64,000 nucleotides of DNA from Octopus vulgaris (taxonomy: Eukaryota), in assembly GCA_951406725.2 (NCBI GenBank), contig OX597815.1:157914001-157978000 (forward strand), read 5' to 3'. Below, piece by piece: positions 38,958 through 52,740 of this stretch (positions are counted from its first letter, which is position 1; every line of letters starts with the position of its first letter). The notes beneath the pieces are model-generated. The model was not told the origin of the DNA. It did no database searches and worked only from the letters and a program-made list of their open reading frames with translations. The position numbers were made by a program, and so were the translations under genes.

Positions 38958-39797
38958 TGAGGTCTGATCAATAAGTATCCGGGCTGTTGCCATAATATCG
39001 AAGTTAAAGCACGCACAGGAAATCCGCTGGGCGAAGATTGATCTTGAACTGTGCCTGCGCACTAGGTTTTAACATTCTAGCTCACTTCCGCTTTTTGCAG
39101 CAATGCTTGGAAGGAAGGTGTGTAGCCTGTGATCGTCGCATTGACCATGACAGAGACATTTGTCATAGCGATACCTGGTCAGAGGTCTACACAAAATTGC
39201 AGAAAGTGTGTGGGGAGGTGTGTATGAGCTGCACACAAGTGTACGAGAGGTTCAGACGTTTCCAAGATGGCCAAAAAATGTCGATATGTCTGGGAGACCC
39301 GCAACCAACAAAACTGAGAAAAACATCGCAGATGTGCGTGCAGCTGTGAGGAGAAACCATCGAATTACCATCTCTGAGTTATCAGAGGATGTGAAGATTA
39401 GTTACGGTTCAGTCCATTATCACTGAAGATTTGGATATGAGAAGCGTGTCTGCCAAGTTTGTGCCAAAACTGCTTTCAGCTGAGCAAAAGGACACTCGGG
39501 TTTCAGTTGCACAAGATCTCCTTGATTATCTCGAGAACGATGAAAGCTTTTTGGAAACTTTGTGTAGGCCTCTGAGCAGATATCGGCAAGTTTTTGGCAA
39601 AATTTGATGCAGATCTCTGCTCAGCTTTCTCTGTCATGTTCAAAGCACTGCTGTAAACAACAGAACTGAGCTAGTACATTAAAACCTAGTGCACAGCACA
39701 GCAGAACTCAAGGTCAATCTGTGCCAAGCGGTTTCACTCTCCATGGTTTAGCTTCGTTACTATGGCAACATTCCGGATACTTATTGATCAGACCACG
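38958..39797 (+). mobile_element. mariner deletion derivative (DNA-binding region only)
   Basis: TIRs gaggtctgatcaataagtatccgg / ccggatacttattgatcagaccac; QVYERFRRFQDG, SGRP and KFVPKLL motifs; no catalytic domain. Confidence 0.85.
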
Positions 39798-41674
39798 TGT
39801 ATGTGTTTGTGCATATATATATATATATGTATATTCTAGGCAGGAGAAAAAACTGTGTCCATGACCTTTTTCAAGATTTCCGAGACTAGTGTGAGGGAGA
39901 AAGCTATTCTCAAACCGTAAGCTTGGTCCGAATACTAGCCGAGTGGACTCCGTCAAAGGCACCTAAAAAAGTATGTGCTTGTCTTTGAGTTTAATGTGTG
40001 TATATGTTACGACTTACCCCTTCCTTGATTCTCCTTAATTTTTTTGTTTTTTTTCTTGATCCATCTTTCATACGCGCTGTTGGTGGAAAAAAGAACCTGG
40101 CTTTGAAACGATTTCAATTATCGAGGCCCTTTATTTGCTACTTTTTTTTACTCCAAACAATGTTTGTGGTGCTTCAGTTCTTATATAACTTTGTTGATGT
40201 TGTTGTTGATGGTGATAATTAGCCTCCAAATTATCCCTAATCGAGCGGAGATACGATCAAAGAAATTTCAGCTGCGACAATCCAGTTATTTTTTTATGTA
40301 TAATATACCAAGGTATATTATACATACGTGAATACAATGTTGTTTATTTTATGAAATCAAAACCATATTTTACAAGCATTGATTTTCTTGGATTTCGTTT
40401 TGATTTTGATGATTTTTCCAGTTTCAGCTTATGAGCTGTGGCCATGCTGGGGCACCGCCATTTAATTTGATTTTTTTGTTGTTGATTTTTTTTTCTAATC
40501 TTAAGTAAGTTGTTTTCTAAGACAACAGAATATTTGACTGCTATTTGTGGAAGGGCGATTTGACTGCTTTTTGTGGAAGCCAAATAACCACATAAAGGAT
40601 TACTCTTGCGGTTAGGTAAATCACTGAGTGCGGTATGATCAAATGTGCCCAGCAAAAACAAGGGTTCAATGAAAAGCGTACGGTTTCATCAAAGTTAGTA
40701 TTATGTGAGCCCTTCAGCTGTTATCACCATTATCTTTAGTTCCAAATAATAATCGATGCCCCGAGGTTTTTTTTTATCGTCAATGAAGAGCTAATGCCTC
40801 TTCGTTCAGGACTCGATCATGGCTGATTAAGGACTAAACAACAACAACTTGACTATCGCCATCTCGAGTTTCTTTAGACTGTCTTGAGTTTAATTATAAA
40901 TGAGTGACATGGTTTATAAACGGTTCAGGTGATGTTCGGCTTGACTGATGGAAAAGTAGATCGAGTTTGCACTCGTCCAGTTAGTGATTCTGTCTCACAA
41001 CTTGAGTTTTAATCCAAAACAATTTTCGGAGTAAAAACTATTACAAGTCGTTAAATTCTTGTCCTCGGGAAATGTAAATTCAAATTTTATTCAAAGAAAA
41101 TACAATAGAAATCATTAAGAAAAAATATTTACACAGCAGTGTTTTGAGAAATAATTATTTACTTTTCATTTTATCTGAGACTATGTTTCTTATCAAGCAA
41201 CTAAATTGACTCTCTTGATTCCTGTTCGGCCAGTTAAGTAAATCTATTTGTATAATTTGTAATTCTTTAGTTCCACGTGAATACAATGTTATTTATTTTA
41301 TGAAATCGAAACAATATTTTACAAGCATTGATTTTCTTGTTTTTTTTTCTATTCTTAAGATATAAATATTTTCTTAGGACTATTAATGCTTTTCTCTTTG
41401 GTTCCATCACTTAGCACATCTGGTGGTCCCAACTAGGTGTGGTGGTGAATGCGAACTTTTACACTTGTTTTAATGTACAACAATAGCAGTAACAGCCAGG
41501 ACTCCAGCCAACTAATTTTAAGTTCATTCTATATTTTTTTTTCATTTTGTATTTAAAACCAAAATACAAGACACGGATTTAAAGGTAATACATAATTACT
41601 GTTTCATAATTAGAAACAAAGTAATTTTTTATAAAGTGTTCTTAATGGTTTTTCATTTTACACTGTCATCTTTT

Positions 41675-41914
41675 ATCTTTTACTTGTTTCATTCAGTAGG
41701 ATGCGGCCATGCTGGTGCACCGCTTTGAAGAATTTTAGTCGGATTAGTCGACCCCAGTATTTTTATTAAGCCTAGTACTTATTCTGACGGCCTCTGTTCC
41801 CGAACCATTAAGTTACGGGGATGTAAACACGCCAACACCAGTTTTCAAGCAGTGGTGGGGACAAACACAGACACAAGACACGAAGACAAACACACACATA
41901 CATATATACATACA

Positions 41915-41966
<52 letters not shown>

Positions 41967-42087
41967 CGACAGGCTTCTTTCAGTTTCCATCAATCAAATA
42001 GCCCGAGGCGATAACAGAAGACACTTGCCCAAGGTATCACGCAATAGAACTGAACCTACACTTCTTAGTACACATCCACGCCTGCGT
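41675..42087 (-). mobile_element. SINE family B copy
   Basis: Homologous to 3096-3509. Confidence 0.85.
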
Positions 42088-43160
42088 CTAAGATAAGACA
42101 AAACGTAAAATTTAAAAAAAAAACGAAGTAATATAAGATGTAGGCAGCAGCAGCCTCTTTCATCTAAGATTCATTCTTGCGAAATTATCTGTTAGTTTAT
42201 TATAATATACTTCAGTCAAGAGCTTTTCAATTGCGGAGAAAGTTAGTGAAGGTAATTTATAATCGCGTATATTAGAAAGAAGGCACTTCATGCACATGAA
42301 TCAATTAGAAGATCGTTTGGCTTGAAAAATGCATTACTATGAGCAGAGGTTAGGGTAAATGGAATACGACATTTGCTTTTGTTGTTTTCTGATTTTAGCT
42401 TTAGGTCTTTTTTGCTTTGGGTGGTCATTAATAAGTCACTAACAACCAAGAATTTAAGTACATATTTTATGAACTGTTGCTCGTTACTTGAAATTGCCTT
42501 ATTACTAGTGTTAATTACCTCATTGTTGTATATGTCTTTGAATGAAAGAAATTATCGTAAGATTTTAGTTTAACTGCATAAAACGCCTGAGTGCGTGACT
42601 GCTAAAAGTGCTTATTCGTTCACATCATCAAAATACTTTCGGATATAAGCTACTAAATTCAGTAATCACATTTTTAAAATAGCCAAATATTTTACCTGAA
42701 ATATTTAGAACAGAATCTAAAGATAGTAAGTCGGATTTAGCTATGAATTTCTTTGGGGAATTAAATATTTCTTTACTCTCTGCAATTTCATCATGGAATT
42801 TGTGTTTCGCATTCTCTTTATTATTAGTATTTTGTAGCAATGTCCCATTTCGGTCCATTCCGAATGATCCTCGATCTGTTTGAATTGAAATTCATACTTA
42901 TTTCAAATATTTTAATGTGATTTTTGAAAACGCTTAATCAAATCTGAAATCTTGTCAAATCTAGACTATTTTTTCTGTAAATAGATGGAAAAAAATTAGG
43001 AGACAGACGTAACCTATTTATTTTAACACATGACTTGTACATTTGTTTTCGGTCCTAAAGAATGGAAGCTAATGTGCATCTTAGAGAATCTGTCCTCAAA
43101 AAGTAAAACGATGTCACTAAATGCGGCAAAGTATTTTGGTCGGCGCTATATCATTTCTTA

Positions 43161-43591
43161 TATTTTTCAGATAACACCTTCTTATATTTTATTGGTAATA
43201 CCTTCTTTTCCATTCGCCAAAGTGAATGGAGCTTTGGCTAGGAGGAACTGACGTCATCAGGTGATATCCAACGATCATCAGGTGTTTCGACCCTGAACCG
43301 TAAAACACTCCCGTTGGTGGAGCAGCAAAAGTGGCCAAATTTCTACTCATCATTTCTTCCAGCTTAACTTCTCTTTCTCTATAACCAGCAAGAGTCTTTT
43401 TCGGTTGCTGCTCTCATCCTGCGCACACCCACCCTTTACTTTTTTTTCCCTTATTTTAATGGCTGTAAGCATTTTCTATACCAACTGGACAGGGAATCCG
43501 CTACAACCGACCTCGACTGAGAAAAGCCATGACTGTCGTCCTTTCTCTCTGCAATCCTGCAGAATGCTCTCGTATTTGGCACGCTTCCAAT
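43161..43591 (-). mobile_element. HERO-type RLE retrotransposon, 3' fragment
   Basis: KRAKYESILQDCREKGRQSWLFSVEVGCSGF plus 3' UTR; flanked by a 34-bp direct repeat. Confidence 0.75.
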
Positions 43592-44623
43592 CAAAGTATT
43601 TTGTCCGGCGCTATATCATTTCTTAATCACACCATTCGAACAGCAGCAACAATAATAATGGACAGCGACACTCTACCTACTGTATTACAATACCACCACA
43701 ACCGGTACTGTCAATATTAGCTTCAAATCTTGGCACAAAACCAGCAATTTTAAGTGAGAAATGAGTAGATTTCATCGACCCCAGTGTCCAGGTAGTCATT
43801 ATTTTGTCGACTCCGACAGGCTGAAAGGCAAAGTCGATCTCCACGGGATTTGCACTTAGAAGCAATTGTTAATAATAATAGCTATTTTTCTATAATTTCT
43901 TTTGCTATTGACAATGTTACCTCTGAACCGTGCACTTGTGCGTGCGCTCAAATGCTTTATAAGTCACGCACAAATGAAAAATATGTGCGCACACAAAGCT
44001 TTCATGATAGAATTGACCGTTTTTAAAATGAAGATGGTCACTGGCATCGATATTCACTTACTCTTTTTTTCAAAAACAGGACAAAATTTGCACCAAGTTC
44101 CTATACACAAACAATAAAAAAAATGAAGAGGGGACAATAGCTGTTGGTAAATTTTTATTTGCATTTACATTAATATCCGAATTTCACATACATATTGCGT
44201 GCATATTATTGCATATACATCAGATTTCATTACCTTTATTGTTGGTAAGTTCCATCAATAAATTTTCTGTGTGTGTGTGTGTGTGTGCGCGTTTGTGCTT
44301 TTTACAAGAAGTATATTCTTCCGCTGAACATACTACCGATGCCAAATCATTTACAATTCAATGTAACGTACCATTGTTGTACAGAAGAGAAATATCTGAC
44401 CATAAAAACACCCCATCACCACAATAAAAAAAATGTTTGCTGAATGAAACAAGATTGATAAATCTAACGTCATTAAGCAAATAATTTTTTCCTTTTTTTT
44501 TTTTTTAAGGTTAGTTTTGCAGAGGAAACATATAATTAATGCTGAGAATATAAAATTGCCAAAATATACGGAGTAGCAGAGCAGTAGTTTTGATAACTAA
44601 CGTACATAATATATACATACAAG

Positions 44624-44677
<54 letters not shown>

Positions 44678-44703
44678 CATACATACATACATACATACAT
44701 ACA

Positions 44704-44737
<34 letters not shown>

Positions 44738-45490
44738 GACAGACATATGTGTGTATATATATATATATATAATTTATTTATTTATATATACATACATGTG
44801 TGTGTGTGTGTGTGTGTTATTCACCGATAATTAGAGAAGACGACTCAGGAAACTATAAAATAGAGAACGGTAAATAGAAAACAGAATTTGTTTTTAATGT
44901 AAGCACTTTCACAAACGTTTACATTTGCATAAAAATGATAGCGCATATATATAAATGCCTCTATACAGACATATACGTACATAACAACCTACATAATAGT
45001 AATTAGCTCTCCCTATATTATACCTGAAAATCGGCGCGGTAGTAAAGGTTGGAAAGTCTTTGTTCATAACTTTGCTCGATTAGGGCTGATTTGAGGTGGA
45101 TCACCAGCAAAAAAAACAAAACACTGTTTTAATTTCCAAGCTACGCTTGCGAGAGAGCGAGCGTGGCATGGGTACATGTACTACGTTTTTAATAACCGTT
45201 TCAAGTGCCTCTGTAATCATGAGCAAACAGAGAAAACTCTCTCGATCCAAATACTTTTCACCCAGTGAAACACCCTGAATGTAACAACTGAAGGAAACGA
45301 TTGTTGCTGCAGCAACCCGACGACGTACATCTGCGTAGACTGGAGCAATAAAGTACCTTGTTCAAGGAAACAGTGCTGTACCCACCCAGTCCAGTAAATA
45401 AACCAATGGCATCATCATCATCATCAGTCAAACACTGTAACTACAAGGTCATGCGCCTTCACACTAAGTGGGTTGACAGAAACGTTAGAG

Positions 45491-46345
45491 CAGGGGTCGG
45501 GGAACTTTTTTAATTGCCCCAAAATATATCTATTTACGCTGACGTTACCCCCTTGATTTGAAAGGAAGAAAATCATAGATTCTTTGAATTCAAAGGTTTA
45601 TTGAATCTATTGGGTTGTTCGGAAAGTTCGTGCCGATTTATAGTAGCTTACTTTTCGACTTATTTTAGAACATGGATGGGTCCATAAAATAGGATTTGAC
45701 TACATCTCCATTTAGAGCATAGTTTAAGCTATCTTTTCGTGGAAGGAGGTTTAGGTCCCTATAACCTCTGCGTTAATTTTGTAACCCTTTAAAATGGAAG
45801 ATAAGAAAGTTTATTTTCGGCACTTGATGCTTTGGGAACCAGACAAAAATTGTTGCAGCTCGGCTGGGATGTGTTACCCCACCCTCCATATTCACCAGAT
45901 ATTGCTTCTTCGGATTTCCACTTATTCAGGTTTCTGCAGAATAGTCTTAATGGTAAAAATTTCAATTCCTTGGGTGACGTAAAAAGATACCTTGATGAAT
46001 TCTTTGCCATGAAACCACCTCAATTCTGGGAAGAGGGTATTTTCAAGTTAAAGGAAAGATAGAGACGCATTGTGCAACAAAATGGTTCATATTTGGTTGA
46101 TTAAAAATGTAATGGCAAGTATTTATTAACCTTTTTCTTTCCTTTAAAAATCGGCACAAACTTTCCGAACAACCCAATATTTATATGTATCTACTTACAC
46201 ATCCATTACATTGGACAGATGCAGTGTTGCCGGAAGAAGAATTTCTGTCGTAACAAAGAACACGTTTTAATGTAATTTTACTTATGTCTAATGAGTCCTC
46301 ATTACCCCCAAGAATTTCATTTTTACTCCGGTTCGCCAACCCCTG
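45491..46345 (+). mobile_element. hAT (Charlie-like) MITE hosting a mariner
   Basis: TIRs caggggtcggggaac / gttcgccaacccctg; 8-bp TSD cgttagag/cattagag. Confidence 0.8.
45610..46177 (+). mobile_element. mariner (DD34D) internal-deletion derivative
   Basis: 30-bp TIRs ttgggttgttcggaaagttcgtgccgattt, TA TSD; MEDKKVYFRHLML fused to WDVLPHPPYSPDIASSDFHLF. Confidence 0.9.
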
Positions 46346-46809
46346 CATTAGAGTGTCGTAAAATTTGACTTGCGATGTTTGGTTCCAACGCTGTATGTTC
46401 TGGGTTCAAATCCCACTGAGGACAACTTTGCTTTCCATTCTTCTGGAGTCTATAAAATAAACTGCCGAACCTCCACGCGTTCACTCGCCCTGCCAATTCT
46501 CTCAAATCACATATTTCTCAGTCGTGTGATTGGATAATGTTGTCCCAGATACATCTGGCCCAAAACAAGCAGACAGGATGGTCACCACTGGAATATCTTT
46601 CGAAGTAAGTTTGGTCTGTGAGTCTGACTTATTTCTAAACATCATCGCTGTCGTCATCGTCGTCGTCATTGCCATCGTCATCATCATTATCGTCGTTATT
46701 ATTATCATCATCATTATCATCAGTGCCGTTGTCGTCGTCGTCCTCGTCCTCCTCCTCCTCCATATTATTGATATTACAATCTTTATCTTTAATACTTAGT
46801 CTTCGTAAA

Positions 46810-46950
46810 GCGGCGAGCTGGCAGAAATGTTAGCACGCCGGACGAGATGCTTAGCAGCAGTATTTCGCCTGTCTTTAGGTTCTGAGTTCAAATTCCGCTG
46901 AGGTCGACTTTACCTTCATCCTTTCGGGGTCGATAAATTCGGTACCTGTT
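46810..46950 (+). mobile_element. SINE family A, 3'-truncated
   Basis: Matches the 5' 140 bp of 60900-61129. Confidence 0.85.
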
Positions 46951-47299
46951 ATTGCCTTTTGCAATGCTTAATGCAGGGACAGTTTCCATTTGTCTCGAGA
47001 TGTGTCTGAAGGCTTTTTGTCACTGGCCAAAGTACTCCAATTGTAACTGGTCCCACTCTTTCATATTCCTCATTCTTTCGACATCTGTTCTTATTTTTAC
47101 ATATTCTACAATTTTCTCGTTTTCTTTATCGTTGATGTACTGATCTCACGGGCAAGTCACATCGATCGACAAACACCTCGTTACAGTAACTTCCTCCACC
47201 AAAGTTATGGCTTCGTATGTTCAAGGACTCTCTCTCTCTCTCTCCCCTCTCTCTCTCTCCCCTCTCTCTCTCTCCCTCCCTCTCTCTCTCTCTCTCTCT

Positions 47300-47990
47300 C
47301 CGGATTGTAAAGTTCTAAAAGAGTTTTACAGTCTGATTTCCAAGGACTTTCTCTGGTTTGTGTTGATACCATTCTCAGTGGTTTGAAACCCATATTTTTT
47401 GCATAAAAGCCAAAGGAGTTTCAAGCACACTTTATCATGACACCTTTTATATTTTCTCGGCACAAACATGTTACAGGCACTCACGATATGTATCAAACTT
47501 ACCACCTTGTTCCCACATAACCTACACTTATTTGTTTCATATTTCTTATAGAACTCGTGTTTAGTGCTTGATCCTAAATAGCCTCCATCAAACTTCCTGT
47601 CTCTCTCTGAAGATGACCTTTTGTCAACCAATTCCGTGAAGGTTCTGCTTTTATTTCCTTCGTCTGTCTTTCGAATTGACCATGTAATTCCATACCCTCG
47701 CCACGTGCTCGCGGCCTGTTTTTCTTTACATTCAACGGTTTCAATGCATAAGATTCTGCTTTTGACAACATGTCTTAAAAATTCATTTCAACTACTGACC
47801 AAATACAGATCTGAAGACCTGCATTAACTAGCCGCACAACCTTTCACACTTACGAGTCCTCGTCCTACTCCATGTTGTTTATAGTCTTACAACGTTTGCC
47901 TCTGAGTGCAATGCACCATTGATTTTCGCGTTAACCTATCCAAATTCTCTATCTCTTCTTTGGTTCAGTTCAGAATCTTGTTCGATTTCA
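47300..47990 (-). mobile_element. R4/Dong-clade retrotransposon fragment
   Basis: ELHGQFERQT..WLTKGHLQRETGS and CRLCGNKVVSLIHIVSAC..YKRCHDKV. Confidence 0.85.
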
Positions 47991-48534
47991 TTTTCAGTAG
48001 CAGCTCTAACCTGTTCAGATAGACTTCCTTTCATTTAGGATTTTGTCCAGCTCCAAAATGCCAAGATATTAGTGCCCACTCTCGTCAAGGTCACCAATTG
48101 ACCCTCCATAACGTAATTTAATCTCACTGCTACATACACGCCTCCCTCTCTTCATAGTCGTGGTGGCACAATATGCAATCCATTCCCTTCATTCACCGAC
48201 AATAAATAAATAAATATATGTGTGTGCATACATACATACATACACACACACACATACATACATACATACATACATACATACATACATACATACATACATA
48301 CATACATACATACATACATACATACATACATACATACATACATACATACATACATACATACATACAACAGATGAAAATGGTGGATACAAGTTGTAACAAC
48401 ATCTGCTGTATTTGAACGCCGCGTCTGCTGTAAACAATATTTCTGTCCTAACCACTACACCAAAGCGATGCCCCAATGCTTGACTACCTAAATTAGCACT
48501 GAAATGGAGAATACACACACACACATATATATAT

Positions 48535-48565
<31 letters not shown>

Positions 48566-48566
<1 letters not shown>

Positions 48567-48639
48567 TCTAGCAAAAACTGTCCGACGAACGGGAACGTGA
48601 AACTCAGAGTAACAGGTTTTGTTGAATTTTCTGCTGCTT

Positions 48640-48644
<5 letters not shown>
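48566..48644 (+). ncRNA. Type I hammerhead ribozyme-like motif (core U4 to C) in a TA-flanked short repeat
   Basis: Stem I aaaactgt/acaggtttt, core ccgacga, stem II acg-ggaa-cgt, GAAA, stem III actc-a-gagt, GUA site at 48611. Confidence 0.65.
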
Positions 48645-48734
<90 letters not shown>

Positions 48735-48746
48735 TATATATATATA

Positions 48747-48797
<51 letters not shown>

Positions 48798-48819
48798 GTC
48801 CAGTAATTTCGGGGAGGAG

Positions 48820-48963
48820 GTAAGTCGATTACATCGATACCACTACTCGACTGGTGTTTATTTTATCGATCCCGATGGAATGAAAGGCAAAACTGACCTC
48901 GGCGGAGTTTGAACTCAGAACTTAAAGACGGACAAAATGCCGCTAAGCATCTAGTACGGCGTG
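48820..48963 (-). mobile_element. SINE family A, partial
   Basis: Same core and B-box region as other copies. Confidence 0.8.
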
Positions 48964-49666
48964 CATATGTATGTATGTATGTAAGTATGTATATATATAC
49001 GTATGCATATATGTATGTATATATGTATAGTCTCTTCTATCTGGCATCAGGCGAAAACCCTTAATTAAACAAGATCCCGTGTGTTCTGCACATCAGCTAT
49101 AGTTTCTCTTTCTTAAAGATTGAGTGACCATATATAAGCTACCCCGTTCTCCCAGCAGTATTAGACTACTTGAAATGCGTAAATGCAAGATGAACACTAA
49201 ACCTTTTAAATAAGATTTTGCTCTTCGCACTTTCATTAGTATTAAGTATTAATGGACAGCGGTGGTAAAATTCTTAATGAATTGTTAACGTCTTTCAGTA
49301 TCTTCAGCTGAATATTCGAGTCTTCGGAAGATGGAATTAGTTTAGCAAGGAAAATAGATTTTAAATAACTTACTCCAATAAACTGTTTCACTTTACATCA
49401 CAAAAACTATATATATGTATCTACTATATATATATATATATATGTGTGTGTCTGTGTGTGAGTGTGTGTGTGTGTATGTGTGTATGTATACGTATGTATA
49501 CATGTATATATGTATGTATATATATGTATACATGTATGTATATATACATACATGTATACATGTATAAATATATACGTATGTATATATACATATGCATATA
49601 TATACATATATGTATGTATGTGTATGTGTATATAAATATGTACACATGTATATATATATATATGTG

Positions 49667-49730
<64 letters not shown>

Positions 49731-49732
<2 letters not shown>

Positions 49733-51935
49733 TTTGATACTTTGATAGGTTTCGGCCATTATTGGCCCAGGCCATGTCTAACTTAATAGCACCACCTGGT
49801 GAAGTCTTTCAAGTCAGAATTTGGGCACTATGGCCCACTCAAGTAGAGAGTTATTGTTTACAGAGACATATCCGGGTGTAGGGGGTTTATCCGGGATTTC
49901 TTGAAGGAATCTGTCCAAAGACTTCTTGAACCCTATAGGGTCAGTTTCTGTTTTAATGTGTTTTGGTGTAATGTTAAAGAGAGCGGGGCCAATTGAGGTG
50001 AAATAATTGTGCCGTATTGTTGTTATGAGATGAGAGTGCGATTTTTGTTTTGGGCGGATGGCACGGGGCCCAAGCCTTGGATGTACCTTAAAGGTGATGC
50101 CAACATCATTTGGGCAATGCTGATGGAATATTTTCCACATCATGCAGATGATGTAGCGCTCACGACGACGTTGGAGAGAATAGAGTTTTAGCTTTTCTAG
50201 CCGACCCCAATAGTCGAGGCCTGTCATGCCATCTATCTTTTTTGTGATTGCCCTTTGAGGTGCTTCAACTTTTATGATACCTTGTATTGTGTGGGGAGAC
50301 CACAGTGGACAACAGTATTCAAGGTGGGGTCGGGCAAAAGTGGAGAAGAGAAGGATAATGGTGTGGATATCTCTCGACTGGAAAGTTCTGAGAATCCAGG
50401 AACACATTCTGCGGGCCATGTCAACTTTGGTGTTTATATGAGTGGCCCAGCTTACGTTGTTGTCCACAATTACTCCCAAGTCTCTGATGTTGTTGGACGC
50501 CGCGAGAGTTTCACCTGAAGGAAGGGAGTATGGGAGTTTCAGGGCATCCTCTTTTCCAAAGTGGATTAGCTCAAATTTATCCTCGTTCAGCAGCATATTG
50601 TTTTTTTCTGCCCATTGGATAACAGCCAGTAGATCTGACTGAAGGCATGTCCGGTCACTCGCCTCATTTATGACCTTCTGTAGCTTGGAGTCATCTGCAA
50701 AGATTTTTATGTTGCTGTGCTTGATGATGTCATTAATGTCATTAATGTAAATGATGAAAAGAAGTGGGCCCAGCACAGTGCCTTGCGGAACGCCACTACT
50801 GACTTTGGCTGGGCTTGATTTTACCCCTTCAACTACAACATGTTGAGATCTGTCTGTCAGGAAACACTTAATTCATTTCAGTAACTTTCCAGAGACACCA
50901 ATGTTGGATAGTTTTTTCAATAGGATCTTGTGATCGACCCTGTCGAAGGCCTTACTGAAATCAAGGTAGATGACATCGGTGTTGGAGCCCTCTCCCAAAG
51001 CTCTCAAAATGTCCTCAAAGTGATGCAGGAGCTGCGTTAGGCAGTCCCTTCCATTACGGAACCCATGTTGGTTGGAGATCAGCCGTCTGTTGCTTTCCAG
51101 AAATTGGGTTATTCGAGATCTCACCACCCTCTCAAATACCTTGATGATATGAGAGGTGAGTGAGATCGGACAGTAATTCACTGCAAGGGACTTGTTTCCC
51201 TTTTTGAAAACTGGGACAACAGACTGGGACAGAAGGTTTTTTGGAATATAGCCAGCATCCAGTGAGTTTCTCCACAGATTAGCAAGGGGAGATGCAAGTT
51301 GGTGTCGACACACCTTCAGGACACAAGCAGGGAACCTATCGGGGCCTACTGCTGAATTGTGTTTTATTTCGTTTATCGCCGCTAAGACATCAGGGGCACT
51401 AAACGTTATGTCCGATATAGTGTGTTGGGGGTTGACATCACTGATACAGCCCAGATCGGCCATATCAGGATTGCTGAAAACAGAGCAGTATTGTTTCTGC
51501 AGTATCTCGGCCATGGATTTGGCATTATCTTGGAGAGTGCCAATTTCGTCAATTAGAGGGCCTACAGTGGAGACAGTGACCCTGCGTTTCCTCGCAAATG
51601 AAAAGAACACTTTGGGGTTGAGTTTGATTTTTTCAATGGCCCACTTCTCCTCAGCTGATCTTTGGTTATTGATGAGGGTCTTCATGCATTGTTGGAGGTT
51701 ATATTTTTTGGATTCAAGCAGTGCGATAGCCGTCGAATGTGTGTGTTGCTGTTGGCAGTACTTTAGTTTGTTAATTTTTTTGTTTGTTCTTTTTATTTTT
51801 CTGATAATGGTTTTTCTGTTTTGGGGGATTCTGCACTTTTTGTTCACAGGTCTTGGTGGGGAGTGTTTTGCGACATATGTCTGTGACGGTGTCTACAAAG
51901 ATCTGCCAAGATGTTTTATGGTTGGTGGAGATGTG
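49731..51935 (-). mobile_element. CR1-group LINE, 5'-truncated, young; RT ORF with one in-frame TGA
   Basis: ORFs 50873-51847 and 49814-50776 share a frame; YLDFSKAFD, SGVPQGTVLGP and FADD motifs; 3' stem-loop and (ATCAAAGT)-type tail. Confidence 0.95.
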
Positions 51936-52002
51936 TGTATGTGGGTGGAGATGTGTGTGGAGATGTGTGTATGTGGGTGGAGATGTGTGTATGTGGGTGG
52001 AG

Positions 52003-52044
<42 letters not shown>

Positions 52045-52048
52045 ACAC

Positions 52049-52081
<33 letters not shown>

Positions 52082-52182
52082 CGTATGTATATGTATGTAT
52101 ATATACGTATGTATACATATGTATATATACGTATGTATATGTATGTATATATACGTATGTATACATGTATATATATATATGT

Positions 52183-52226
<44 letters not shown>

Positions 52227-52297
52227 GTATGTATATATATGTATGTATATATATAAGTATACATGTATACATATGTATACATATATATACGTTTGTA

Positions 52298-52336
<39 letters not shown>

Positions 52337-52344
52337 GAGTGTGA

Positions 52345-52387
<43 letters not shown>

Positions 52388-52740
52388 TATATGCATATAT
52401 ACCGCAAATACATACGTGTGTATGCTTGTTTGAGTTTGTAGGTGGGAATTACATATTCCAGTGTGCAAAACTGCTGACAGACATCTACATATATTTGTAC
52501 ATGCGTATACATATATATAATAAATAAGTTTATATATATACGCACATTCATATATACATACTTATATACGCATCAATACAAGCATGCATGCATACATATA
52601 TACATATACATATATACATATACATATATACATATACATATATACATATACATATATACATATACATATATACATATATACATATACAATACAAGCATGC
52701 ATGCATACATATATACATATACATATATATAATTACTTTA
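51924..52740. repeat. 20-bp minisatellite followed by a long degenerate (TA/TACA/TATACA) array
   Basis: Seen directly. Confidence 0.9.

Noticed and set aside
43245-43315. Hammerhead ribozyme in the HERO 3' UTR (GAAAC plus two CTGATGA on the minus strand)
   Set aside because: Motif order and pairing do not give a consistent three-helix junction by eye
50873-50875. Selenocysteine or programmed read-through TGA
   Set aside because: The position is a conserved Trp, so a simple TGG to TGA mutation explains it; no SECIS recognised
51357-52256. 299-aa plus-strand ORF
   Set aside because: Antisense shadow of the LINE RT running into microsatellite
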